Origin: Ginglymostoma cirratum
Taxonomy: Eukaryota
DNA length: 64,000 bases
Direction of reading: 5' to 3'
NCBI GenBank assembly: GCA_024137785.1
Contig: JAHRHZ010000264.1
Coordinates: 16,705,946 to 16,769,945 of the forward strand
The position numbers and the translations under genes are program-made. This document shows positions 1 through 11,674 of this stretch, piece by piece. The notes beneath the pieces are model-generated. The model was not told where the DNA came from. It did not search any database and saw only the letters and a list, made by a program, of their open reading frames with translations. Numbering within the stretch: position 1 is the stretch's first letter; each line of letters opens with the position of its first letter.

Positions 1-290
1 ACAGAGCTTTGGTGAGACCACACGCAGTATACCATGTTTGTTTTTGGCTTCCTTGCCTAAAGAAAGATATACCTAATAATGAAGTACATCAAAGGTTCAC
101 TGGATTGATTCCAAGGGTGGTGGTACAGACTTGATGGGCCAAAGAGCCTTTTCTGTACTATATGATTCTGTGATGAGTAGGCTGTCCTATGAAGAAGATA
201 TGGAGTAGAATGAATTTTTATTCTCTGGGACTGAGAAGAATGTAGTTATTTAATTGATAGGGATAAAATTCTCAGAGGGCTTGTTTTAAC
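1..290 (+). mobile_element. Degenerate CR1 LINE fragment (RT C-terminal region), with a short CR1 3'-tail piece at ~121-173
   Basis: 'agagctttggtgagaccacac...tttttgg...aaaggttcactggattgattcc' resembles the CR1 ORF2 motif (Y)RALVRPHLEYCVQFW...QRRFTRLIP; 'cagacttgatgggccaaagagccttttctgtactatatgattctgtga' is a typical CR1 3' end. Confidence 0.7.
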
Positions 291-869
291 CAATGGAACT
301 ATGGCACAAGTATTCACTTATGAAAAACGATTCGCAAACTTTATTGCATATAAAACAAGTTAAACAAAGCAAACATAAAAATGATGACACTTGGGTTATA
401 ACTAAGTTCGTTATACCCTCATGTTTACTTCTTACTTTTTTCAGAACTCTCTTTTACAAGACTCAGAAATCCTAATGTTGTTTACTTCTCTAGAGACCAC
501 ACATTACTATGCCACAGATCTCAACTCCGGCTATTCTGAGAAACAGAAATTTCATTTACCCACTCTTGACTGAGGAAGCCTAAGTCCTTTACTTCAGATA
601 CTTCACCAGGACTTTCTTTGCCGCCAATCTCAATGTGATCCACTGTAGATTCTTCCACTAGTTTCAAGGGAAACAATTTTCAAGCTTCCGTTCCCTCACA
701 ACATTCTAACTGAGATTACACCTCATCTACCTTCCACATGCTTAAAGATGAAGTTATTTTGTACTTTGCTTTCATGCCAGGGTTTGCTAACAATCATTTA
801 CGTTGGCTATCTCTCTGTGAGCTACAAGCCACATGAGCTCAAAACTCCAACTCAGCAAACACCCAGACA

Positions 870-1630
870 AATTGAAACCAGAAAACCTCCCTAAGTTCCA
901 AACATCTTCATAATGATATAGGCTGCTCTGGGCTATCCACAAATTTACCTTAAACTTAAACATCACAGTTCCAGTATAAACACAGTCAATATTTTGCACC
1001 TTTTCCTGTGTTTTGAAATCATTTTAAATGACACAGGCCCAGAACTGTTCACAATATTCCACTGCTGTCAAACCGAGGTTACATGCAAGTTGAATATAAC
1101 ATTACTCCATTTCAATTCTATCTCACTAGAAATTAACCCCAATGTTTTGATGCATTTTATGACCTTATTAAATTTATGTTACTACTGTCTGTGATTTGCG
1201 TATCTGTACTCCAGATACCTTTGCTTCTCTACCCTACTTACATAATTATTTTCCAATGTAAGACTGTGATCCTCTCATTCTTCCTACTACAATGTACCCT
1301 CTTATACTCATCCAAATTGAAATTCATTTGCTAATTACATGCTCATTCTGTAACTTAATTAATGTCTGACTGCAATTTTTCGCAGTTCTCCTTTGAATTA
1401 GTGATGACCCCAAATTTTGTGATTTCTGCAAACGTTGGAATTGTACTTCCCATTCATGAGTCAGAAATCATTCAAGAAAATGATGTGGAGCAGGGTCCCA
1501 GTGCTTATTTTTTGTGGGACAGCACTTCCCATTTTTTGTTGGTCTAGTTAACCACTTTTATCCCTCCTTTATGTTCTCAGTAATGTAGTCAGCTTACTAT
1601 CCATTCTGTTACTTGTCTCCTGAATCCATA
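870..1630 (-). mobile_element. Highly degenerate CR1 LINE fragment
   Basis: 'ccagaactgttcacaatattccactgctgtcaaacc' (~1040-1075) is the reverse complement of the LVRPxLEYCxQFW motif; 'aaattgaaattcatttgctaatt' and 'tgtgatttctgcaaac' match antisense WQMxFN and FADD RT motifs. Confidence 0.6.
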
Positions 1631-3166
1631 TGTTTCTTCAAAGGACTTTGTATGGGAGTTGGAACATAGAATCAAAACTTCTACCTGAATGTTGAGTGAA
1701 GTTAGGAAAATGGTGTCTTCATCCATCCTGAATCTTTGGCTGTCCTTCCTTAATTATGCTCCTTAGATTTGTGATCCCATTTAGCAGGATAGTTTCACAA
1801 ACACAAATCCTGTGGTGACGGCTTTCTGTCAAGGTATATGATCCGCCAGTCACAAGGATCACTGACTAGTTCCTTCTTTGCTGATTCACACAGTGTGACT
1901 GAAACAATTTAAAATTGGAGTACCTGAGTGCAAAACAAAGAGGGCATTAATATTTCAATCATTGACCTGAGAGGAAGATAACCAGCTTGTACTCTCAATA
2001 CATTTTTATCAGTTTTGCGTAAGTTTTAGATGTACATAAGATTTCCGAGGATGATTAAGAACTTTTTAAAACTAGTCTTAACACAGCAGATAGTGTCAGA
2101 TCCAGGCAGCACAAGATAGCTCCTTCCAGGAGTTTAAACAAGATTAGGTTTGGACTGAACTAATGAGTAAAAAGGAATGATTTTAACTCTGCTTGCCAGG
2201 TGAACAGTTAGATTTGCTCCAAATAATGTACATTGATATCTCATGTGTTATGATCCAGCTCCTGGCAATACTCATCAAATCAGATCCCAGAGTGAAACCT
2301 GGACTCTTGGGATCATAAGTTTTACTCTTGCAGTTTTGTTACTTTGGGTGCAATGACTGAATATATACATACAAAGGCTGCAAATATACTTTTAACAAAA
2401 GAACTGACTCTATGACTCTATAATAGAAATTTATCATACAAAAGAAACCTTTGTAATTGATCATTTTGTAAGATCTTACTTTAAACAGCAAGAAAATGAT
2501 CCAGCCTTTTATTCCAGTATTTTGAATTTGCAAACATTCAAATCCAGCAAAGTATCAGACCTATCTTCACTTTAGGATTATTTACACTGATGGAGTTACA
2601 AATATTTCCTTTGAGTGACATTGCATATTTTCAACAATTGTGATTCTCTCTCCTCAAGACAAACAGACATGCTAATTCATTGACTTTTAGTCATTGCATC
2701 CTTCAAAAGAAAAAGACTTTATCCAGCCAAGTCCACTTCGACTGCTAAAATAGCTCAAGACTTCTTTCCAGCTCTGTTAGCCTCAAGGTTGCCGAAAGCT
2801 CAACTACCCTTCTGCCAATATGGCTATTTCCTTCTAAATACAACTTATTGTGGCCTCCTCTTATTTGGTTGTAAAAACTCAAGTCAATGGTAAGCAGAAG
2901 CTAATTCACCAGGTAGTTGATCTTGACCACTTGTTGATCCTTTCTTAAGATAAAAGATCTGACTTTTATACAACTAGAAACCAAAACCCCATTTTCTGCC
3001 CCTTGAGAAGCCAATTTTCCAAATAATAATGACATATTATAAACTTCCATTTTTATCTTTCGTGGAAAATTCAAACTTGAACTTTTACTTTCAGCAAGTG
3101 CAGACAGGATGCAGCTGAGAATTTTTTTAACCCACTTCCTGAGAAATTCAACAGCCTAAGGAAACT

Positions 3167-3266
3167 TTCTGAAGAAGGGTCTAGGCCCGAAACGTCAGCC
3201 TTCCTGCTCCTCTGATGTTGCTTGGCCTGCTGTGTTCATCCAGCTCTACACCTTGTTATCTCTTAA
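3167..3266 (+). mobile_element. ~100-nt Penelope-derived short element with a minimal hammerhead-like core, flanked by a 12-bp TSD
   Basis: CTGAAGA-A-GGGTCTAGGCCC-GAAA-CGTC starts at 3169; direct repeat cctaaggaaact at 3155-3166 and 3267-3278; near-identical antisense copy at 50273-50366. Confidence 0.8.
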
Positions 3267-3436
3267 CCTAAGGAAACTATTGTTCCTTGCCTACTAAATC
3301 AATGAAGCAGGAAGGGGTACTGGGCAAGAAGAATATTAAAGAGATCCAAATCACCTCTGTATGACTTGATGAGCTTTAGGGACTTTCCTAAGATGACTGG
3401 TGATGGCCTCCTGCAATTTGGTATTGCAACCACCAC

Positions 3437-3455
3437 CAGTCAGTCAGTCAGTCAG
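3437..3455. repeat. (CAGT)n microsatellite
   Basis: cagtcagtcagtcagtcag seen directly. Confidence 0.8.
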
Positions 3456-6400
3456 TTAATGCTTCCTGCTAGTTATAGATAAGGAACTGAACACATTCAA
3501 GTGAAGTCCAAGTGTTAAAATCTCCCAGAGGTCAAACTAGCAAAGTCAGGATGGTTTACCACCAACCCCAGCTGTTATGGTTTGATTCTCACCCAAAGTT
3601 GAAATCAATTTTGTGTTAGCAAAAAGCGGAATATTTTCACAACAGCACTAAAGTTGGTTTGGTAATGTTTCACCTACATTCCTAAATGCAGTCTGGTGCA
3701 TTTCTTCCTCAAGTTTAAATTTGTTTTTTTTAGGGAAACATGCAGCTCCTATGTAATACTGCACCAAAATTAATGGCAATATACTTCCAATAATTTCTAT
3801 TGGGACTGCATCCATAAACAAATGTGTAGCCCACACCAGTATAGAGCCACATCTGTACAAACCCAAATTGCTCGAGTCACTATTATCAGATTAACATTAG
3901 TGCAGCTGGAGCTGGTGTGAAGCAGGCAGTGCAATTGTCCATTATGAAATAAGCAAAGCCAGGTAAATGGAACTTGTTGGGCCACTTTTAAAATATTTAA
4001 ATTGGTCTCCTACACAAAGCGTAAAGGAAGAATTTAAGATTTCCCGAGAGAAGTTGGGCCAAGATGATGAAGATTGTGGGGAGGAGAAGTGAGGCTAGGC
4101 TTGGAAAAACTATATGCCTGCTCTTCCTGATCAAAAAAGACTCCAGATCAAAACAAACTCACAAACGTGTCTTGGCCTTTTCCAGCCACTATGACTCCTA
4201 TCATGGCTTTAAGGGTTGGTCACAAACGGATCTCCCATACATTAATGGGAAAATGCTGCATTTTAGGTTTTAGTATTTAAACTACACTCCAGCCTGTCTG
4301 AAAAGGAGCCTCAGTCAGCTTCAAAGTAAACAAAAATAAATTGTCATAAGGAGGGAAGGGCTGGTAGGTAAACTATTTAGCCCCAACCTTGCATTGCACC
4401 TGCCAGACCACAACTGGGGTCAAAATCCATCTGATAACTTCCCAAGTCTGAAAAAAACTATTCACAGATACAAAAACAGTACAGTCAGAATTTTAACTGG
4501 CAACAATGAAAGAGAAACAGCACAAAGTACTTGTGAACACTAACTAAAACCTAGAAGCACACACTTAACAAAGCTCTAAATAACATATAAAATTACAACA
4601 TAGAACATTGTCAGAACCATACAAACCACATCTCTAATGATACATAGCTCTGTTGTACAAATCAAAGTGTGATGCAGTAAACTATTTGAATCATTTTTAC
4701 AAATATATTTAAGTATGAAGATGCATCAGCTAGAAACATTAAAAGTGAATCAGTGCAACTGTGAAACACATAGAGGAACATACAAAACTGTCTATAGAGT
4801 GCCACAATCATGCGTAGATACATTAACATACAATAGTCTCACAATCACATGTGTAGCAGAGACAGGCATGACTGTCAGGAATGTTACATGAATAATTAAT
4901 GCAAGGTGCATTTAAATGGATGAACATCTCTGCTAAAGTAGTAGAGTGTAATTTTATGTGATCCTGTATCACTTAGATTATAAGCTATTGTTTCACACAT
5001 ATGCATGAGCACCGATATACATAAACAGAAGAACATTGGCTGATACATATAGTGACTTTCATAAATTTAACCATAAACTGTCACATGCACTAACACACAG
5101 ACCTCGGATTTCCTGGAAAGCTTCAATGTAATTATGAATTAAGAAGGGATTTTTTTTTTGGCAAATTTGCCCACGACTGGTTTACTCAGATTTTATGCTC
5201 AACATCATGCCACATATATTTCATCATTCATTTTCTCAACCTACATAAACCCCAGTTAGCACATTAACATGACTCCGCAGCACCATGTACAGGATTGCAG
5301 TATTTCATGTGGAGCCCATTTATCCAGTACTAATTAGATGTAAATTCATACCAGACTTCTAATTCTGGTATTCAAAACTATTTTTAAAGCAATTTTCTAG
5401 ATTTCTTCTTATTGGGACCTGTATTATATTTTCTGTATATTTGAATGGTTTATTCATCATCAAAATCTGTTATGCTAATAAAGAAAGACTTGGAGCATTG
5501 CATTTTCTAAATATATAGTGCTACTGTACACAAATTATATGTTTACTTCACTATTGTAAAAATCAAAATTTGGTGGCTTCAAACTTCAATTTTCATGATC
5601 AATAAAATATGAATGATTTAAAGATGAATAGTATGAATTCTGCACTTTTCTTGGATTCTGACGTTTATATTGATTTCAACTTGTTCTACACTAGCAGTTT
5701 ACCCTAATAGTTCTCAGATTTCAGCTAATGTGTCATCAAAGAAAAATATTGTAGATTTTGGTATTATTTAGTAAATTGAGGAAATTTCAGATACCGTTAT
5801 GGACATGTGCTTGCTCAGTAGTCACATTTACATACAATCACTGGTTAAAACATAGATATCCAGATACAATTACAAAAATTCCCTACATACTTCATTGTTG
5901 CTGATAATAATTTGGCAGAGGCTTCCACTGATGTCACAAAAGCAAATAATATGTTACAACCATGACCTATAGATTGTGCCTTCCAAAATTAGAACTATCC
6001 ATATGGAAAAACAAATAGAAAGTCATGCACAAATATTTAACTCATACTCTGGCTGATCATACAACTCATCCAGAAATCTCTCCCTCAAGTACACACACAA
6101 TCCAATCACACTCACAAGTACTGACTGATGCTGTGTAAGTGAAACACATAAACATAACTATTCTCATAGAACACATGTCAAGAACATTAATGCACTAGAA
6201 ACATTATTATGTGAGAACACTAACAGCCAACATCCAATCTAATCACATCTAACCAAACCGCTAAGCGTTGATATACGCAAACCTGCATACAAATGTTAGT
6301 TGTAGTACATCTCATTTAAAAAATATTTTCATTCTTTCCTCACCCATTTGTTGATATTTTATTTCTGATTCTATGTCAAATGTTTCCAGAAATCAGTCAT

Positions 6401-9159
6401 CTTGGAGAAAATTTCTGAATACAACATCTATTCCACTAACATGTTTTCTATGCCTAGATTTGGTTAATTTACTACCTTAATTTGCCTCGTGTTTAGGTGA
6501 TCCATTTTTTACATTTAGATTCTATTGTTGCAAAACTGTGTGCATATTAAGTAAGCAATTGGGTTTTTATATCTGATTCACTTTGGTGCTGTTAGTCATC
6601 ACGTTGATTTATGGTTTATGGCAGAGACACATAAAATCATAAGTTTTCTGGTAAGAAAAATATAAACACATAAAGCTATAAACTTGCTGAAGGTCAAATG
6701 GTGAAAACTCCAATTAGAAAAGTTCACAAGCTAACACCAAATCTATTCATTTTTAACAGGGATTAAATAATTTAATATAAACTGATTGGGGCTTGAGTTA
6801 AAAAAGGAACACAATGATACAACATGAACCAGCTGCTATTATCTGATGTTCATCAAACTGAAATCCTACCCTTGAGAAACTGATCAACTCTGTCCCATAC
6901 TTGGAAAATATTTCCAAATTTCCATGTATTGAGAAAGCAGGATTTCAGTGTTTTATATGGAAATGTTTTGCTTTGAGAGTACTCTTTGAGTATCTGTCGG
7001 TGAGGCTGATCATGCTTAGGTTTTGCAGAAGATTGTGTTATGTTGAGAGGGTTCACCTGAGTGAAAAAATGTATATGTGCTTATGTATGCATACCTGTCT
7101 CAGAGTGTTCGCATGAGTAAGGGAAAAATCTGCGAAAGTTTGAAAGAACTATGATGGCAAAAAAAAGTATGATGAAGTGTTCCTGTACATGTTTTTTGAA
7201 CTGGAATAAAAATCATTTATATTTGAGTTTATGTGGGAGCCTGTGTTCTATTGAAAATTTCTGTGCATATGAGTATGGATAAAGGTTTCCATGTGCATAT
7301 GTTTGCACAGAATTGCCTGTGTATATTTGTGTACTTGTGCATGCTAAAATTTATGTGAGTACACATCTAGGTGTTTGGGATAATTGAAAGTTTATCAAAT
7401 GAGAAAATATTTTCATTTTTCTATTTATGTCTATTTCAGAATACACATGGGAATGTTTTTCTTTGCTGCGATAAAGAATTTATGAGAGAATTTTCTTGGG
7501 TGTAAATCTGTGTTTTTCCAAGTCAGTGTAGGGTGTTGAAAGGAAGGCTAATGTTAATAATGACAATATTGCCTATAACTGTGACTTTGTGTTTCTGACA
7601 AACTATGTATTTTTATATATACAAATTTTCTTTATCTTAGCACATTAAATAGTAGGTACACGGTTTTAATCAGGATTCTGGGAGACAAGCTTTCTATATG
7701 CCAGGGAATATTCCTATATAGCAATAAAGTGTAAATTAGGCTTGCTCTGTGTAACTATATGGCTGCATGTACAAACGCCCATGTGTAGACTGCTTACATA
7801 TTTCAAAATAACAAAGTATTTGCGTCCATGTGTTTCAGTTTCTGGGGTTTTTTTGCAGTGTAAGAAAGAGAAATCATTTTGCAAATCTGCCTGCAGGATA
7901 AGGAATTTTGATTTTGTAAATACTGAAAACTAAGTCATGGGGGCTAGTCTCCCACAATCCGACTAAAAGAACAGCAGTACAAAAGCAGTTTTTGTGTAGG
8001 TCACTGTTCTGAGCATGTGAGGGTCAGTGTGTTTCTATAAGTATTGATGTGGCTTTTAGTCTGAAACATGGTGCTTACATCTAAATCTTTGAAGGTGCTG
8101 CATCTTTACGAATGTTAAATGCGGAGTTACTCATGTGAAACCAATTATGTATTAGGCAAACAATACACAATCATTTTCACAATAGAAATATATGTGTATG
8201 TATATGAATGTGACATTTGTAGGTATAGGAAAGTACATTTGCATGTTTGTTATTCATACTTGTGTTTCTGCATAAGACTGTGCAGCTATGTGCACTTGTC
8301 AGTATTAGTATATGTGTAAATGTGGTTGCATATAAAACTGTTTCTGTATTAAATATTTTCACTCTGTATACATTTTATAAAGACTTGTGCTCATAAGGGC
8401 TGAGCACCTTCATCTCAAAGTGTATATTTCTATAAGGATTTTATCACTTCATTGTTTCGATTACTTTGGAATCTGTGTACATATTTCAGGTTCTGAGCTG
8501 TTGAGGAGAAATGTAATTGTAGTGCATGTTAAATCTTCTGAGAAGGAAGTCTTTTTTTTGCAAATGGAATTCCTTGCCTTGTATTGAATATGTACGGATA
8601 ATTTAGCATGATAAGTGCTTGAAAGAGTAAACATATGCAAAATGAAGGCTTATCAATGATTATTTAAACATGCGATTGTGACGGCTTAGTGTGGGTAGTT
8701 ACATATGAGTGGATATTTGGGTACTTCTTTCAGTGTTTGGGCTTTGATGATGGATATATAGAGTGTCTGTGTGGAAATGGATATCAATGCACATTGGATA
8801 GTGTGTGTAAAGAGCATTTTTCCTTCTTGTAAATGAGTTTGAACATTTATGTGCATTTGTGTAGGTGGGGTTAGACCTTGTAGAGAATACATATATATGT
8901 TCTGGGTGGGTATTAATGCTAATGTCTATGTGTAAATATTGGCCAGTTACCGTAACTGTTAGTGCTTATTTATGTCAGGGTTTATGTTCAACAGCCTGTA
9001 TACAAGTAGTGATATATAAAGATACGCAACTGACTATGAATAAGTGTATGTAACTGTGACTACTTGTACATGAATCGTATGTGTGTATGTGCGTATTGAT
9101 AGTTGGGGGAGTGTTAGTGCAAATGTACTTGTACTTATGTCTAAAATATGCATAGCACC

Positions 9160-9470
9160 TGCCATTTATTGCCCATCCTCAGAAACTTAGATGTTTGCTT
9201 GGTAATTTCAGAGAACAGTTAAGAATCAACATTGTTAGTGTGAGATCAGAGTCCCGTGTAGGTCAGAACAAATGAAGACAGCGTGTTCCTTTCCCTAAAG
9301 GACATGAGCCGACCTGTTGAGATTTTTGTGACATTGCTTTATAGTCATTTTTACTCACACCTACATCTTATTTTCAGAGTTTTAAACTAATACAAATTTG
9401 TAAATTGTATTGTGGATTTTGAGCGCACATTCTTTGGATTATCTGACCAGTAATACATCGAATATGCTGC
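9160..9470 (-). mobile_element. Degenerate tRNA-derived SINE (same family as 45700-46055)
   Basis: Shares the blocks 'tttattgcccatcc', 'cagttaagaatcaac' and 'ttccctaaaggacat' with the copy at 45.7-46.0 kb. Confidence 0.6.
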
Positions 9471-10039
9471 TGAACCTTTCCCATTTGTAAATGCTTACCC
9501 ATATCAGATATAATAGTAATGCAACTCAAAGAATCAGTTAAATCCTCAAAGGCACTATGTTCTAAAATTGGAGTAATCTCCAAAACTTAAATTATTGTTC
9601 CTCGCTATCTTATCCTATCATTTTCCACACTCTTCTTTGTCAGTTGCCTTCTCTCACATTCAGTGTCCAACCTCTCAATTAATTGTAACTTTCATTGTGA
9701 CATGTCCTTCATCAGTGCTGCACTGGTTTGTGTTCCTCTGAACTTTCATCTCTCTCTTCTCGGATGTGTTACCCTACACACATCCTCCTTATATCTCTAC
9801 TGTGTTGAAACCAAAGTGGTAATTTCGTGTTTTGGCATTCCAGAAAAGTACTGAATCAAGCAATCACTTCTCAAAATTCAGCAGACCATGCCCTATCATA
9901 CTTCATTCTTTCCACTACCTCCAAACTGTTCGGAGTCTTAGCTCCTTCGGCCTTATCTTTTCACTGCAAGCTTAGAACTTTTTTAAACCCAAACTTACTA
10001 TCAGCTAATCTCTACCTCTATTCATTTGCTGTGTAATTC

Positions 10040-10145
10040 TTTCGACTAACTGAAACGTTAACCCGAACTTCCTCTCTCCACAGATGCGACCTACACTGAT
10101 GAGATTGTCCAATATTATCCATTTTTGTTTCAAATTTCCATGATC
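10040..10145 (+). mobile_element. Old Penelope-like terminal-repeat fragment (remnant of the hammerhead 3' half)
   Basis: 'ctgaaacgttaac...ctctctccacagatgc...atttttgtttcaaatttcca' matches the arms at 34345-34550 and the copy at 63943-64000. Confidence 0.6.
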
Positions 10146-11648
10146 AGCCTTTAAAAGAAATCCCATATGCTAATTCGATTGTGGTTCAAATTTCTGATGC
10201 CAGGCGAGGCGTCGGTACATTTCTGAGTCTGTTCTCTCGGAGTAGAAATTCAAACAATTGTGCACCTAAATTTGTTCTCTCTTTTGAATGCCCTTAAATT
10301 CGCTGCTATTTATTTCATCTGCGTAGTACTGTGATCCAAGTACCTGTCCCTCGTGTCGGTGAGATGTTGGATTATGTTAAATTCCAAAGATGTAAATCCA
10401 TAATTTCCCCGAGCTGGGCTGTGAAGAAGACTTTCATTTTTATTGTAAACTCTTGCTGTGTCACCTGCTCAGAGCACGGGACTGGTTTAATGTATGGCCG
10501 GGCCTTCAGTCTATCTTAATGCAGGTTTGTAAATGGCAGACAATAGGGTTGGTGCCTTTCCCTATAGCACTTTTGATGTTTTTGTTACTGGTTGTAAGCC
10601 TATCTTGCTCTACATCCCAATGATTGTGACTCAGTGCTCTTCATCCAGCCCACCGATTCCTGGCTTGGTCTTCTGGGGAAGGCTCAACTCTTGTGTTTCC
10701 GTGGCTGACGTTCTCCCAATCCTCACCGCAGCCACTGCTTGGAGTGACTGTCTGACACAGACTGCCCTGACAAGCCTGCGGGGTTTGCAAAGGTCTCCTC
10801 CGGATGTAAAATATCCTCATGCCGTGGTTGCCCTTAACAGTTTTGGTGTGGCTCCAACATCTAGATAATGTGGTTTTAGTGGTTATCTGAAGAGAACAGG
10901 TTACTTTGACTTTCCATTTCTCACCAATCCAATTTTATTAGGATTTACTATCATTTGTGCGCGGGAATCCCTCGGGAAATAATGCTTTGATTAATGTAAT
11001 CCTAGGCAGGGATACGCCACATGCCCCGCTCTCAAGGGGCGAGCCCTATTTGACAAACAAAAACACAGCAGCCACACCGAGTGCAACTATTACAATCCGC
11101 ACCCACTCCCCGAGACGCAGTCGTACATTTCCACACTACGCAGAAGACCAGCTACTGAGGCTACAACTGCTGCACCCAGACAAGCGGACTGTATGTCGTC
11201 TCTAACCACTCACGCAGACTTTTCCGGTCCTCGAACAAAAATAAAGCAACCAAAAAAAAGTATCGAATTAATGGACGTTTGACATTTCTCAAAGGCTACG
11301 GTGTAAAAATGACCGTATTTGAATATTTGCAATGATAAAGAACTTTGCAACCACTTTAAAAATCAAATACCCAAGATCGATATATAAAGCGATCCGTATT
11401 TAGACAATTATGTGTATATTTCAATGCCATTCCTGGACAGTCTCAAATAAAACGTGACAAGCAGCAGTCACATGGTAGGTAACGTGCACGTTCCAATATC
11501 AAATCGATGTGAAGGTTTCAAAAAGAAGTAAAATTAACTGGGCATGTGTTACAACAACCGTCACTTGCAAGTAATTCAGGTGCAAAATACCAAAAAGAAA
11601 CGCATTGCTATAATTGTTACACAACGCTACTGTCTCTGAGGTAAACAC

Positions 11649-11674
11649 CACACACACACACACACACACACACA
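11649..11674. repeat. (CA)n microsatellite
   Basis: About 13 CA units seen directly. Confidence 0.95.
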
